Positions 8,328 through 17,356 of a stretch of DNA of 35,682 bases are shown piece by piece; positions within the stretch are counted from its first letter, which is position 1; every line of letters begins with the position of its first letter. A model generated the notes under the pieces. It ran no database searches, was not told where the DNA came from, and worked only from the letters and a program-made list of their open reading frames with translations. Origin of the DNA: an uncultured Victivallales bacterium (lineage in GTDB: Bacteria > Verrucomicrobiota > Lentisphaeria > Victivallales > UBA1829); the NCBI GenBank assembly GCA_944389445.1, contig CALXMJ010000326.1:1-35682 (forward strand), written 5' to 3'. A program made the position numbers and the translations under genes.

Positions 8328-8486
8328 TTTGATCTGCCAGGCGGCGGTTCCGATCTCCGGTTCCTGCCGCGCGCAAGGTCTGATTCCGGAAAAGACATTC
8401 CGTCTGTCCATGAAACTGGTGGATGGCGGAATGTTTTTTTATGGGCTCCGGATCCTCCTGATGCGGACAGGGAATGGAGAAAGGTC

Positions 8487-8510
8487 CCCCGAAGTTTTCC
8501 TTTTTCGGGG
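8487..8510 (+). terminator. Hairpin CCCCGAA-N10-TTCGGGG followed at a distance by three T6-8 tracts (8521-8550); weak terminator candidate
   Basis: 7-bp GC-rich stem paired by hand. The T tracts start 10 nt after the stem, so it is not a canonical intrinsic terminator. An alternative pairing GAGAAAGG (8477-8484) / CCTTTTTC (8499-8506) competes with it. Confidence 0.3.
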
Positions 8511-8633
8511 AAAGCGGATGTTTTTTCTGATTTTTTTTGATTTTTTTTCAAGAATGCCTTTGTTTATTTGAAGAATGAACATAAGTTACAGGAATGGAAG
8601 CCGCCGTTCAATGGCGGCAGGGAGCTTTGGAAC

Positions 8634-9470
8634 GTGATTCAGGACAATTTTTATCCGGTTGCTATGACGATTGCCGGAAGCGACAGCGGCGGTGGAGCCG
8701 GAATTCAGGCGGATTTGAGGACATTTGCCGCTTTTGGCGTCTTCGGATGTTCCGCCGTGACTGCGCTGACGGCGCAGAATCCTCTCCGCGTTTCGGGAAT
8801 TATGCCGGTCTCTCCCGGGAACGTGAAGGCGCAGATCGAAGCGGTCCTTTCGGAATTCGAGGTAAAGGCGATTAAAACAGGGATGCTTTTTTCGCGGGAA
8901 ATCATTGAAACCGTTGCGGACTGCCTTGTGGAATTCAAAGGCGCGGTGATTGTCGATCCGGTGATGGTTTCAACCAGCGGATCGCGTCTTTTGCGAGACG
9001 ATGCCGTGGAGACGCTGATGAAGCGGCTTCTGCCGCTTGCAACGGTTGTGACGCCGAATCTTTTTGAAGCGGAAATCCTTGCCGGTCAAACCATTGCGAC
9101 AGAGGAGGATACGAAATTCGCCGCGGAATTCTGCCGCAGGAGATTCGGTTGCGGAATCATCATCAAGGGGGGACACTCCCCGGATGCGGAAGAGGCTTCC
9201 GATTATGTGCTGCTGGAAGACGGCGCTTTCACGCTTTCAACAAAACGGCTGCCTCTGCCGGAGTTGACAACCCACGGAACGGGATGTACATTCAGTGCGG
9301 CGATTGCCGCCGGAATCGCGAATGGATTGTCGCTGAAGGAGGCGGTTGCTGGTGCGAAGGATTTTGTCCAGTCGTTGCTGGAGCACAACGTGAGAACCGG
9401 AAAGAGGTTCCGTTCCATGTTTCCCGCCGGATTTGTAAAAAAGGAAAATACTGATGTTTTGGAGCCGTAA
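8634..9470 (+). CDS. thiD: Hydroxymethylpyrimidine/phosphomethylpyrimidine kinase
   Basis: MTIAGSDSGGGAGIQADLRTFAAFGVFGCSAVTALTAQN is the ThiD signature. A C-terminal THGTGCTFSAAIAAG anion hole is present. The ORF opens at TTG 8568. I prefer GTG 8634, which has AGGGAG 9 nt upstream and gives an N-terminal length like E. coli ThiD. ATG 8664 is also possible. Confidence 0.88.
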   Translation: MIQDNFYPVAMTIAGSDSGGGAGIQADLRTFAAFGVFGCSAVTALTAQNPLRVSGIMPVSPGNVKAQIEAVLSEFEVKAIKTGMLFSREIIETVADCLVEFKGAVIVDPVMVSTSGSRLLRDDAVETLMKRLLPLATVVTPNLFEAEILAGQTIATEEDTKFAAEFCRRRFGCGIIIKGGHSPDAEEASDYVLLEDGAFTLSTKRLPLPELTTHGTGCTFSAAIAAGIANGLSLKEAVAGAKDFVQSLLEHNVRTGKRFRSMFPAGFVKKENTDVLEP

Positions 9471-10434
9471 ACTTCTTTTTCTCCTGCTTGCCCTACTGCC
9501 CGTTTTCTGGTTCTCTCCGGAGCTTTCCGCACAGGAGAAAAACAGAATCCGTTATCAATGGAATGCTGGCCGCCGGTATGTGTACCTGTATGATGTCGCG
9601 GCTTTTTACGGAATGACCGTGTCAAAGGATGGAAACCGTTATGTTCTTTCCTCCAGGTATTCCCGTCTGGTCTTCACCATCAACAAGCGTTTCGGCTCCA
9701 TCAACGGTACCGGAGTGACTTATCTGTTTGCTCCGGTTCTGCGCCGCGGGCTGCCATTCATTTCGGAGTTGGATTTTTCTCTGGTGGTTGATCCCGTGCT
9801 CCGCAAAAATGTTCTTCCCCGGAAACGGGTCAGGACCATCATGATTGATCCCGGACACGGCGGCAAGGATAAAGGAGCTCCCGGTCCGCGGGGCGTCTGG
9901 GAAAAGCAGATAGCGCTCTCCATGGCAAAACAGCTTCAGACGGCGCTGAGGGCAAAAGGCTACACCGTGATGATGACCCGTTCCACCGATCGTTATCCGA
10001 CTCTCGAAGACCGGGTCAATATGCATGCCAGAACCAAAGCCGATCTCTTTATTTCCATTCACTGCAATGCTTCCGTGATAAAGAGCATTTCAGGGATCGA
10101 GACGTTTGCCATGACGCCGGTCGGGGCGCCGTCTTCCAGCGATACGAAGGCGAGCTTCGTCAAAGGCCGCGGCAACAATTTCGACAAGCAGAACTATCGG
10201 CTCGCCTACGAGATCCAGCGGCAGCTGATCGCTCGCACCGGAGCCGCTGACAGGGGCGTGAAGCATGCTCGGTTCTATGTGATCAAAAACGTCAACTGTC
10301 CCGCGGTCCTGATCGAAACCGGATTCCTTTCGAATTACCGGGAGGGGAACGCTCTGCTGACTTCGAAACGGCAGAAGGCCACCGTGGATGCCATCGTCGC
10401 CGGAATTCTCTGCTATACCGCCGCGGTGAAATAA
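9454..10434 (+). CDS. N-acetylmuramoyl-L-alanine amidase (Amidase_3), secreted
   Basis: Signal peptide MFWSRKLLFLLLALLPVFWFSPELSAQ. Catalytic-domain motifs IMIDPGHGGKDKGA, FISIHCNA and LIETGFLSN. Overlaps the thiD 3' end by 17 nt. Confidence 0.9.
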   Translation: MFWSRKLLFLLLALLPVFWFSPELSAQEKNRIRYQWNAGRRYVYLYDVAAFYGMTVSKDGNRYVLSSRYSRLVFTINKRFGSINGTGVTYLFAPVLRRGLPFISELDFSLVVDPVLRKNVLPRKRVRTIMIDPGHGGKDKGAPGPRGVWEKQIALSMAKQLQTALRAKGYTVMMTRSTDRYPTLEDRVNMHARTKADLFISIHCNASVIKSISGIETFAMTPVGAPSSSDTKASFVKGRGNNFDKQNYRLAYEIQRQLIARTGAADRGVKHARFYVIKNVNCPAVLIETGFLSNYREGNALLTSKRQKATVDAIVAGILCYTAAVK

Positions 10435-10443
10435 AACAGACAG

Positions 10444-10471
10444 TTGATTTTTTTGCTGCTCACTGTATATT
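10444..10471 (+). promoter_or_regulatory. Candidate promoter upstream of the GH2 gene (TTGATT-N16-TATATT)
   Basis: TTGATT at 10444-10449 and TATATT at 10466-10471. This implies a leader of about 200 nt before the ATG at 10679. Confidence 0.3.
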
Positions 10472-10572
10472 AGCTTTGCAACGTAGAAAGAGTGATTCGG
10501 AATTTTTCAAATGACCGGAGAAAAGAAGCCCTCCTCGAAAGATATTGCAGAAGATGCACCTTTCAGCATGCC

Positions 10573-10609
10573 GGCCGTCAGTCGTGGTGTCGACGGCCTG
10601 TCCGTTTTT
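10573..10609 (+). terminator. Terminator-like hairpin inside the GH2 leader (possible attenuator, or terminator of the amidase gene)
   Basis: GGCCGTC (10573-10579) pairs with GACGGCC (10592-10598) around a 12-nt loop. TGTCCG and then a T5 run (10605-10609) follow. Confidence 0.4.
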
Positions 10610-10678
10610 CTGATTGGGGACAGAGAGGCGCCAGGAGATTTTTTTTGTTGCATTTCATTACTATAAAAGGAGTTAAAT

Positions 10679-13012
10679 ATGCGTAAGACCATTCTTCTGA
10701 AAGATAACTGGCAATTCAGAAAGTCCGCTTCCCGGAAATGGACGCCGGTTCGTGTTCCTCATGATTTCGCCATCAGGGAGAACTTTGATCGCAATAGCGA
10801 TAACACGTTCATAGTCAAGGAATTCATGGGGAAAAAGACGACGGTTGAGCGTCCTGGAAATACCGGAGGGCTTCCCTTCTGCGGGAGGTTTATCTATCGC
10901 AGGGAAATTGAAATTGAATCACTCGAAAAGGACGAGATGGCGCGTCTGGAGTTTGATGGCGTTATGAGCCATGCGGAAGTCTCCTGCAATGGAGTCCGGG
11001 TTGGCGGAAACAGTTACGGCTACTCCCCGTTTGCCTGCAATCTGACGGGTGTCCTGAAAAAAGGGAAGAACATTATTACGGTTGAAGGGGAAAACTATCA
11101 TCATATGAGCCGATGGTATCCCGGCGGAGGCATCTACCGCGAGGTCCGGCTGGTGATTTTCAATCAGACGCATATTCTCCGCAACGGTGTGAAAATTACA
11201 ACGGAGAAGGTTTCGGAGGAATCCGCCGAGGTCCGTTTCCGGGTTGCCGTACACGATTTCCCGACCGAGAAAAAAGAGGTCGCTCTGGAAGCGGAAGTCG
11301 TTGATCCGGAAGGAAAAACAATCGGTAAATACAAGCATCAGCAGACGCTCTGGTCTTTTTCGCACAAATATATGGAGTATCAGGGATGCATTCCGGTGAG
11401 AAATCCGAAGCTCTGGGGGATTGAAACCCCGGTCCGGTATTCTCTGCGTCTGCGTCTGAAGCGAGCCGGGAAGCCTGTCGATGAACTGACCGTTCCCTTC
11501 GGAATCCGTTCGATCCGGCTGGAACAGGGCAAGGGGTTCCTTCTGAATGAAAAACCGATTGTCTTCAAGGGGGTCTGTCTTCATCACGATCTGGGACCTC
11601 TCGGAGCGGCGTTCAACAAGGCGCTGCTGCGGGAACGGTTCAAGCTGCTGAAAGAGATGGGATGCAACGCAATCCGGACCAGTCACAATCCTGCTGCTTC
11701 GGGATTTCTGGACCTTTGCGACGAGATGGGGTTCGTTGTGATAGAGGAGGCGTTTGACAAGTGGGAAACCGGTCCTGATCCCGATTTTGCCTCCTATGCG
11801 GAAACCTCTCTGCGGGAGATGATTCAGCGGGACTGGAACCGTCCGTCGATTATCATGTGGAGCATCGGAAACGAGGTCGGAGAGCAGGAACCTGCGAATA
11901 TCCGCATGGCTCATAAACTGGCGGCGATTACCCGGGCGGAGGATCCGACCCGTCCGATTACGGTCGGCTGCTGCTGCGGTCTTGCCGTTTGTTTGAACGG
12001 GATGGCGGAAGCTGTGGATGTCGTCGGGTTCAATTATCACCTTCATCTGTTTCCTCAGATTCACGATCTGCATCCGGAGTATTTTCTGGTGGCGACTGAA
12101 AGCGCTTCGACCGTCAGCAGCAACGGCGAATATTATTTCCCGGTCGGCGAGGAGCGTCCGCCCCGCCGGAAAAACCTTCAGGTCAACGGATACGATCTTG
12201 CCGCTCCGCCGTGGGGGGTGCTGCCGGATATGGAATTCGGATATCTGGACTATCTGCCCTATGCCCTGGGAGAGTTCGTCTGGACCGGATTCGACTATCT
12301 CGGGGAAACGACCCCTTACGACGACTGGCCGGCGCGCAGTTCCTATTTCGGAATCAACGATCTCGCCGGATTCCCGAAGGACCGTTTCTATCTGTATCAG
12401 AGCCGCTGGGCGCCGGAAAAGGAGACGCTGCATCTGCTGCCGCACTGGACCTGGCCCGGACGGGAAGGCGAGATTACACCGGTGCACTGCTATACGTCGT
12501 TCCGATTTGCGGAACTTTTTGTAAATGGAAAATCGCAGGGCGTGCGGGAGAAATCCATCAAGCCGAGCGCGTGCGCGTACCGGCTCATCTGGGACGATGT
12601 CCGGTATGAACCCGGAGAGCTGAAGGTGGTGGCTTATGATGACAACTTCAAGCCGGTCAAGGAGGAGATCGTCGTGACCGCGGGAGAGCCGTATGCCGTT
12701 GAGGCGATCCCTTCGAAGAAGACGTTTGAGGATGCCGATGATATGATTTTTGTTGAACTGCGGATCGTGGATCGGAAGGGAAATCGTTGTCCGGAGGCGT
12801 CGAACCGGGTGGAGTTCAAAGTGACGGGAGGAGCGGAGCTTGCCGCCTGCGGCAACGGCGATGCCACATCGCTGGAACCGTTCTCCGGAACCGGATACCG
12901 TGCATTCCACGGTCTCTGCGCCGCGTATCTGAGACCCGCCGGGAAAGGTGGTAAATTTACGTTTACTGCTGAAGCCGAAGGACTTAAGAAGGCTACGTTT
13001 CAAGGGAAATAA
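10679..13012 (+). CDS. Glycoside hydrolase family 2 protein (beta-galactosidase/beta-glucuronidase-like)
   Basis: N-terminal LKDNWQFRK...VPHDF sugar-binding domain. TIM barrel with NAIRTSHNP and acid/base WSIGNEV, and a VATESAST nucleophile-region motif. C-terminal Ig-like domains. AAAGGAG Shine-Dalgarno 6 nt before the ATG. No signal peptide. Confidence 0.93.
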   Translation: MRKTILLKDNWQFRKSASRKWTPVRVPHDFAIRENFDRNSDNTFIVKEFMGKKTTVERPGNTGGLPFCGRFIYRREIEIESLEKDEMARLEFDGVMSHAEVSCNGVRVGGNSYGYSPFACNLTGVLKKGKNIITVEGENYHHMSRWYPGGGIYREVRLVIFNQTHILRNGVKITTEKVSEESAEVRFRVAVHDFPTEKKEVALEAEVVDPEGKTIGKYKHQQTLWSFSHKYMEYQGCIPVRNPKLWGIETPVRYSLRLRLKRAGKPVDELTVPFGIRSIRLEQGKGFLLNEKPIVFKGVCLHHDLGPLGAAFNKALLRERFKLLKEMGCNAIRTSHNPAASGFLDLCDEMGFVVIEEAFDKWETGPDPDFASYAETSLREMIQRDWNRPSIIMWSIGNEVGEQEPANIRMAHKLAAITRAEDPTRPITVGCCCGLAVCLNGMAEAVDVVGFNYHLHLFPQIHDLHPEYFLVATESASTVSSNGEYYFPVGEERPPRRKNLQVNGYDLAAPPWGVLPDMEFGYLDYLPYALGEFVWTGFDYLGETTPYDDWPARSSYFGINDLAGFPKDRFYLYQSRWAPEKETLHLLPHWTWPGREGEITPVHCYTSFRFAELFVNGKSQGVREKSIKPSACAYRLIWDDVRYEPGELKVVAYDDNFKPVKEEIVVTAGEPYAVEAIPSKKTFEDADDMIFVELRIVDRKGNRCPEASNRVEFKVTGGAELAACGNGDATSLEPFSGTGYRAFHGLCAAYLRPAGKGGKFTFTAEAEGLKKATFQGK

Positions 13013-13027
13013 GTGAAAAAGACTCCT

Positions 13028-13060
13028 GGGGAAATTCCACTCTATTGCTGGAATCTCCCC
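13028..13060 (+). terminator. Hairpin 16 nt after the GH2 stop (12-bp stem with 1 mismatch, 9-nt loop, no U tract)
   Basis: GGGGAAATTCCA (13028-13039) pairs with TGGAATCTCCCC (13049-13060). It sits exactly where base composition drops from high to low GC. Confidence 0.35.
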
Positions 13061-13158
13061 ATCCGTCCCTGATGCCGTTGCGCGCTTTACTACAAGCTGC
13101 CAGAGGCGTGAAAGGATATTCCGCCGAACCGGAATTCTATATGGAAAATCTCTGAGCA

Positions 13159-14103
13159 ATGAGACGAAATGCGGACATTGATATTCTATTAGCCACATAC
13201 AATTCTCTGCCGTATCTGCGCGATCAGCTGGATTCTCTGCTGAAGCAGAATGCACAGGGAATTCTTTTTCGCATCTTGATTCGGGATGATCTTTCAACAG
13301 ATGGCACTGGAGAGCTCCTTCAAGAATATGCGGAGAAATTTCCGGATAAGATAACTGTGCTGGATTCTCAAAATAAAAGACTGGGATTTGTCGGGAATTT
13401 TGAATATCTGCTTTCCTATTCGCAGGCTCCTTATGCAATGCTCTGTGACCATGATGACGTCTGGCTGCCGGAGAAAGTGTCCGGAGAATTCAAAGCCATG
13501 AAAGAGGCGGAACAACAGACTCCCGGTATGCCGATACTGGTCTATACTGACCTCTGTACGGTTGACAGCAGCTTGAATTTGATCAATGAATCCAAATTTC
13601 AAGTATGCGGACAGCGGCATTGGGTTCATTCTCCTGCCTCGGTAGTTTTATGCAACTGTCTTTCCGGCTGCACTATGATGCTGAACAGAAAACTGATAGA
13701 CCTCTCTCTGCCATTTCCTCAGGGATTGGGTATGCATGATTCTTATATTCACATGGTGGCTGCTGCGTATGAGAGTCGTTTTGTATTTTTGCCAGGGAAG
13801 TATATTTTGTGGCGGCAGTCCGAACGGAATACGACGGCAAAAGGGTCTTCTTTTCTGGCCCATAAGATTTCTCTTTTGAGAAATTTGCGGAAGGAAAGTG
13901 CTGTGTTTTGCAGTCTTCTGGCGGCGGCTGTATTCCTCTCCGGGAAAGCGGATCTTCCGGTTTCAAACAAGCCGATTTTGAAAAATCTGGGAAATCTGGA
14001 GAAGTATCCGCTCTGGAAACGCTGTTTCCTGATCTGGAAATTCGGGCACAGGGAACTTTCCGTAAGAACTTTGCTGTTCAGGATGCTGATGCTGCTGCAT
14101 TGA
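13159..14103 (+). CDS. Glycosyltransferase family 2
   Basis: DILLATYNSLPYLRDQLDSLLKQ...IRDDLSTDGTGELLQEY...LCDHDDVW, a GT-A fold with a DxD-type motif. Low GC. Confidence 0.85.
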   Translation: MRRNADIDILLATYNSLPYLRDQLDSLLKQNAQGILFRILIRDDLSTDGTGELLQEYAEKFPDKITVLDSQNKRLGFVGNFEYLLSYSQAPYAMLCDHDDVWLPEKVSGEFKAMKEAEQQTPGMPILVYTDLCTVDSSLNLINESKFQVCGQRHWVHSPASVVLCNCLSGCTMMLNRKLIDLSLPFPQGLGMHDSYIHMVAAAYESRFVFLPGKYILWRQSERNTTAKGSSFLAHKISLLRNLRKESAVFCSLLAAAVFLSGKADLPVSNKPILKNLGNLEKYPLWKRCFLIWKFGHRELSVRTLLFRMLMLLH

Positions 14104-14136
14104 CGCGTTCTCTCATCCTGGCGGAAAGACGCTCCT

Positions 14137-15198
14137 TCATTTTCCGGAGACCCTGTGAAATACGGTTCGCAGGAAGCCGAAAAGAGTATAGCGGAAGAAA
14201 TCGAATGGAATCCGCAGAAATGTTTCGAGTCCGGCAGGAAGGATATATCGGACCGTGTCATATTTCGCCTGCCAGAAAAGGAAGCGGTCTTCCAGAGCTT
14301 TTATGCGGATCTTATCAATAAACGGCAACTGTTCCGCATAAAACCACCATCTCTCCGCAAGTTTCAGTTGAGGACTGTTCCAGGGCTTTTTATCCGATGC
14401 GTAGTGAATGAGTGCCGGATTTTTCTGGACTTCCTTGTATTCTTTTTCCACGTTTCTGTATTTCCGTGGAAAGTGGGGACGAAAACAGAAGTTCCAATGC
14501 CAGCAGACATTCCATTCCGGTGGAAGATAGCAAATATTTTCCCCGCAGACCAGATTTAAAATATCCTGATCTGGCGCAATAAATTTCTGATTTGATTTTA
14601 TTTTTTCAGCAAACAGCCGGATAAAAGAATCTTCTCTGATCTTTTTCAGATTCATGAGAAGCTGGCTGGAAATAAAATAGTCGATTGGGTTTCGAATGCC
14701 GAGAGTTCCTTTTAAATACCAGTAAAAAAAAGGCTTCAGACAGACCCATTCATGTCCAGCCGCCAGATAACAGTCTTTCAGATCCATCCGGAAGAGTTCC
14801 GCAACATCTTTTTCTACAATAAGATCAGAATCCAGATATAGAATTTTATCAAAGTCCGGCAGCAGTTCTGCGATAAAAAGACGGTAATAGATAGCCTTCG
14901 TAAAATAAGAACGCAGATAGAAAGAGTTCTGGTACTCGTTTAAGCATGATCGCATATTCAGGAATCGAAGAGAAACATGTCGTTTCCCCTGTAAAACAGA
15001 AGAAAGCAGTTGTTTTTCTTCTTCCGAGAGCTCTTCCTCCAGAATAATGATATCATAATTGTTTGCTGCGGAAGCGTTTGCCAAAATGGATTTTATTGTG
15101 ACGGCCAGATAGAAAACATAATTTCTATCCACCGCAAAAACAATGGGAATGTTGTTTTCCGTAAATGCCGGAGTCAGGCGGTTGAGTGAATGGGTCAT
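14137..15198 (-). CDS. Glycosyltransferase family 8 (LPS alpha-1,3-galactosyl/glucosyltransferase-like), paralog 1
   Basis: IPIVFAVDRNYVFYLAVTIKSI, DxD motif YLDSDLIV, and HYASDKKPW. The ORF opens at 15213. I prefer the ATG at 15198 because it forms an ATGA overlap with the upstream GT2 stop, the pattern used throughout this locus. Confidence 0.85.
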   Translation of the reverse strand: MTHSLNRLTPAFTENNIPIVFAVDRNYVFYLAVTIKSILANASAANNYDIIILEEELSEEEKQLLSSVLQGKRHVSLRFLNMRSCLNEYQNSFYLRSYFTKAIYYRLFIAELLPDFDKILYLDSDLIVEKDVAELFRMDLKDCYLAAGHEWVCLKPFFYWYLKGTLGIRNPIDYFISSQLLMNLKKIREDSFIRLFAEKIKSNQKFIAPDQDILNLVCGENICYLPPEWNVCWHWNFCFRPHFPRKYRNVEKEYKEVQKNPALIHYASDKKPWNSPQLKLAERWWFYAEQLPFIDKIRIKALEDRFLFWQAKYDTVRYILPAGLETFLRIPFDFFRYTLFGFLRTVFHRVSGK

Positions 15199-16241
15199 CT
15201 GGATATCCTCCATTCGAAATGGTTGAGCAGACTGGGAATATAATATTTTCCCAGATCATAAAGAACACAAAGAGCGCTTCTGATTCTTCCTGGGATGGAA
15301 TGGGCGATTTTCATATATTGCTGCAGAAATGTTTTGGAAATTTCTTCTTTTTCCCATGCATCAAAGAGAAGAGTCATTCCCTGTTCCTGCTGATCGTTCG
15401 GCAAACGGCTTAGTATTTCGAGAGTATAAAGACAGTTTTCCCGTTTTTTTGCTTCCAGCGCTTCATGATAAACCGGAGGCAGGGAAACTCTATGGAAAAA
15501 ACAGGAAAGTTCCCGGAAGGATTCTATGTTGTTTACAAATTGCCGGAATTGACTTAAAGTATATGTCTTTTTTCCGTAAGTTCCTGCTCCGTAATGATAT
15601 CGGTAAACTCGTTTACGGATGTACAGCATGGTGTTTACATAATACATCAGATGTGTCATGATTAAGAAATCATCATTGATGCAGTGGGGAATTTCTGATG
15701 GAAGATGTTGTTTGAGCAGAGAGGCATTCCATAAGTTCCCCCATAAATGAGGAATAAACTTATTTTCAAGAAAATAAGTATCAAAGATCTTGTCTTTATG
15801 CAGAATTTTTCCATGTGGTAAAGTATAACGTTCAAAAATAGCATGGATTCTTAAGGATGAGGTATCCGCTACTTGCGTACCGAAGTGAATCAGATCAAAG
15901 GGTCCGGAAGATGAATATGCAAATGCTTTTTGAAGAAAAGAAGGAAGCAGCTCATCATCTGCATCGCAGAAGGCAATATAAGTTCCGCAAGCAGCATTAA
16001 TTGCGGTTTTTCTTGCTTTTACCCTTCCGTAATTCTGGTCATGTTGAATGATTTTGAAGCGGGAATCCTTTGCTGCGTACTCTTCCATTATCGAAAGAGA
16101 AGCATCCGGAGAAGCATCGTTGACGAGAATGACTTCCATATCCTCAAAGTCCTGATTGAGAATGGAGTCGAGACAGCGCCGCAGATACTTTTCCGCGCCG
16201 TAGACTGGAATCAGGATGGAGACGAATGGTTTGTTGTTCAT
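15195..16241 (-). CDS. Glycosyltransferase family 2, paralog A
   Basis: VSILIPVYGAEKYLRRCLDSILNQDFEDMEVILVNDASPD...FCDADDEL. ATGA overlap with the upstream GT8 gene (16238-16241). Confidence 0.9.
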   Translation of the reverse strand: MNNKPFVSILIPVYGAEKYLRRCLDSILNQDFEDMEVILVNDASPDASLSIMEEYAAKDSRFKIIQHDQNYGRVKARKTAINAACGTYIAFCDADDELLPSFLQKAFAYSSSGPFDLIHFGTQVADTSSLRIHAIFERYTLPHGKILHKDKIFDTYFLENKFIPHLWGNLWNASLLKQHLPSEIPHCINDDFLIMTHLMYYVNTMLYIRKRVYRYHYGAGTYGKKTYTLSQFRQFVNNIESFRELSCFFHRVSLPPVYHEALEAKKRENCLYTLEILSRLPNDQQEQGMTLLFDAWEKEEISKTFLQQYMKIAHSIPGRIRSALCVLYDLGKYYIPSLLNHFEWRISR

Positions 16242-17287
16242 TTGCCCTTCCTTTGTCCAGTTAGCAGTTTTAAAATTTCAGGAAGATCGAATTTCAGAAA
16301 ATCATAAAAGTTCCGCAGAGGCTTTGTCATTTTCCAGGGAATGGAATTGACGACCATATCATAATTTTTCTGAAGGAAACGACATCTGTCTTCCAGAGCC
16401 TTCCTCTGAATTTTTTCTTTGAACGGAAGCTTATTTGCATAGAACCACCAAAGATCTGCCAGTTCTTTCTCCGGGCTGTTCCATGGTTTTCGATCGGATG
16501 CATAGTGAATTAGAGCCGGTGGATTTGTTCCAGTTTCATATACACGATATTTTTTTAACAGCCGAGGCGATATATAGTCCTTCCAATGCCAGCAGACATT
16601 CCATTCCGGCGGCAGAAATGTGACTTTTCCCTGACAAACAATATTGAGAACATCCTGATCCGGAGTCCGCAATTTTTTGTTTTTGCGCAGAACGCTTATG
16701 AACTTCGGGATCAGATTTGTGTTCCTGATTTGATTTAAGTTCATTACCATGTGTCCGGATGCAAAATAAGTTTTCCAAGGTGTTTTCATTTTCAGATTCG
16801 CATTCAAATACATTCTGGCAGAGTGCAGCAGACAGATCCATTCATGACCCGCTGCAAGATAGCAGTTTTCAATATTTATATCAAAAAGTCCTGCAATATC
16901 TTTTTGTATAATGAGATCGGAATCCAGATAGATGACTTTATCATAATCAGGCAGAATTTCTGCAAGAAACAGACGGTAGTAAATGGCCGGAGAAAAATGA
17001 AAACAAGTATACAGATTATTTTTGCCATATTTTTCTGTCAGAGAGGCGATGTTTAAGAATTGAATGGAAAAATTGGTGTTCCCTTCGATAACAGAGGATA
17101 GGAGACGTTTGCTGGCACTCGAAAGATTTTCTTCCAGCACAATGAGTTCATAGAAGTTTTCCTCGGAGGAATTTTCAACAATGGATTGGATTGTCACAGC
17201 TAAGTACAACGCGTATTGGTCATCCACGGAGAATACAACAGGAATCTTGTTTTTTAAATGTGTTTGACCGGTTTCAGGCTGATTCAT
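16238..17287 (-). CDS. Glycosyltransferase family 8, paralog 2
   Basis: IPVVFSVDDQYALYLAVTIQSI, YLDSDLII, HYASDRKPW. Alignable by eye along its whole length with 14137-15198. Confidence 0.9.
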   Translation of the reverse strand: MNQPETGQTHLKNKIPVVFSVDDQYALYLAVTIQSIVENSSEENFYELIVLEENLSSASKRLLSSVIEGNTNFSIQFLNIASLTEKYGKNNLYTCFHFSPAIYYRLFLAEILPDYDKVIYLDSDLIIQKDIAGLFDINIENCYLAAGHEWICLLHSARMYLNANLKMKTPWKTYFASGHMVMNLNQIRNTNLIPKFISVLRKNKKLRTPDQDVLNIVCQGKVTFLPPEWNVCWHWKDYISPRLLKKYRVYETGTNPPALIHYASDRKPWNSPEKELADLWWFYANKLPFKEKIQRKALEDRCRFLQKNYDMVVNSIPWKMTKPLRNFYDFLKFDLPEILKLLTGQRKGK

Positions 17288-17356
17288 GTTTGCTGTATCC
17301 CTTTACTCAAAATTTATTATACTATAGCGCCATTTATGAAAAATAACAGCATGAGC

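Noticed and set aside
8456-8473. TPP (THI-box) riboswitch upstream of thiD
   Set aside because: Only a partial CCTGAT...AGGGAA resemblance is present. The conserved CUGAGA element and the P1/P2 pairing could not be found by eye. It is kept as a low-interest item to test with Infernal, and is not called as a feature.
8521-8550. Apparent tandem repeat TTTTTT(C)TGA x3
   Set aside because: It is a low-complexity T-rich tract rather than a structured repeat. It is probably terminator or UP-element-like AT-rich spacer.
10492-10686. 64-aa ORF (GTG start) covering the GH2 leader, as a possible leader peptide
   Set aside because: It has no Shine-Dalgarno and an Arg-rich translation typical of noise, and it runs through the GH2 Shine-Dalgarno and ATG. 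The hairpin is more simply explained as an RNA element or terminator.
10919-13438. 839-aa minus-strand ORF antisense to the GH2 gene
   Set aside because: Same codon-aligned antisense artefact. The plus-strand frame has unambiguous GH2 motifs (NAIRTSHNP, WSIGNE).
14724-14731. A8/T8 homopolymer tracts inside glycan genes (14724-14731 GT8, 17711-17718 GT2, 19470-19477 GT9-like, 23429-23436 methyltransferase) as phase-variation switches
   Set aside because: Tracts of 7-8 nt are expected by chance at about 35% GC and are shorter than typical slipped-strand switches. All are currently in frame. This would need population read-level length variation to be taken seriously.
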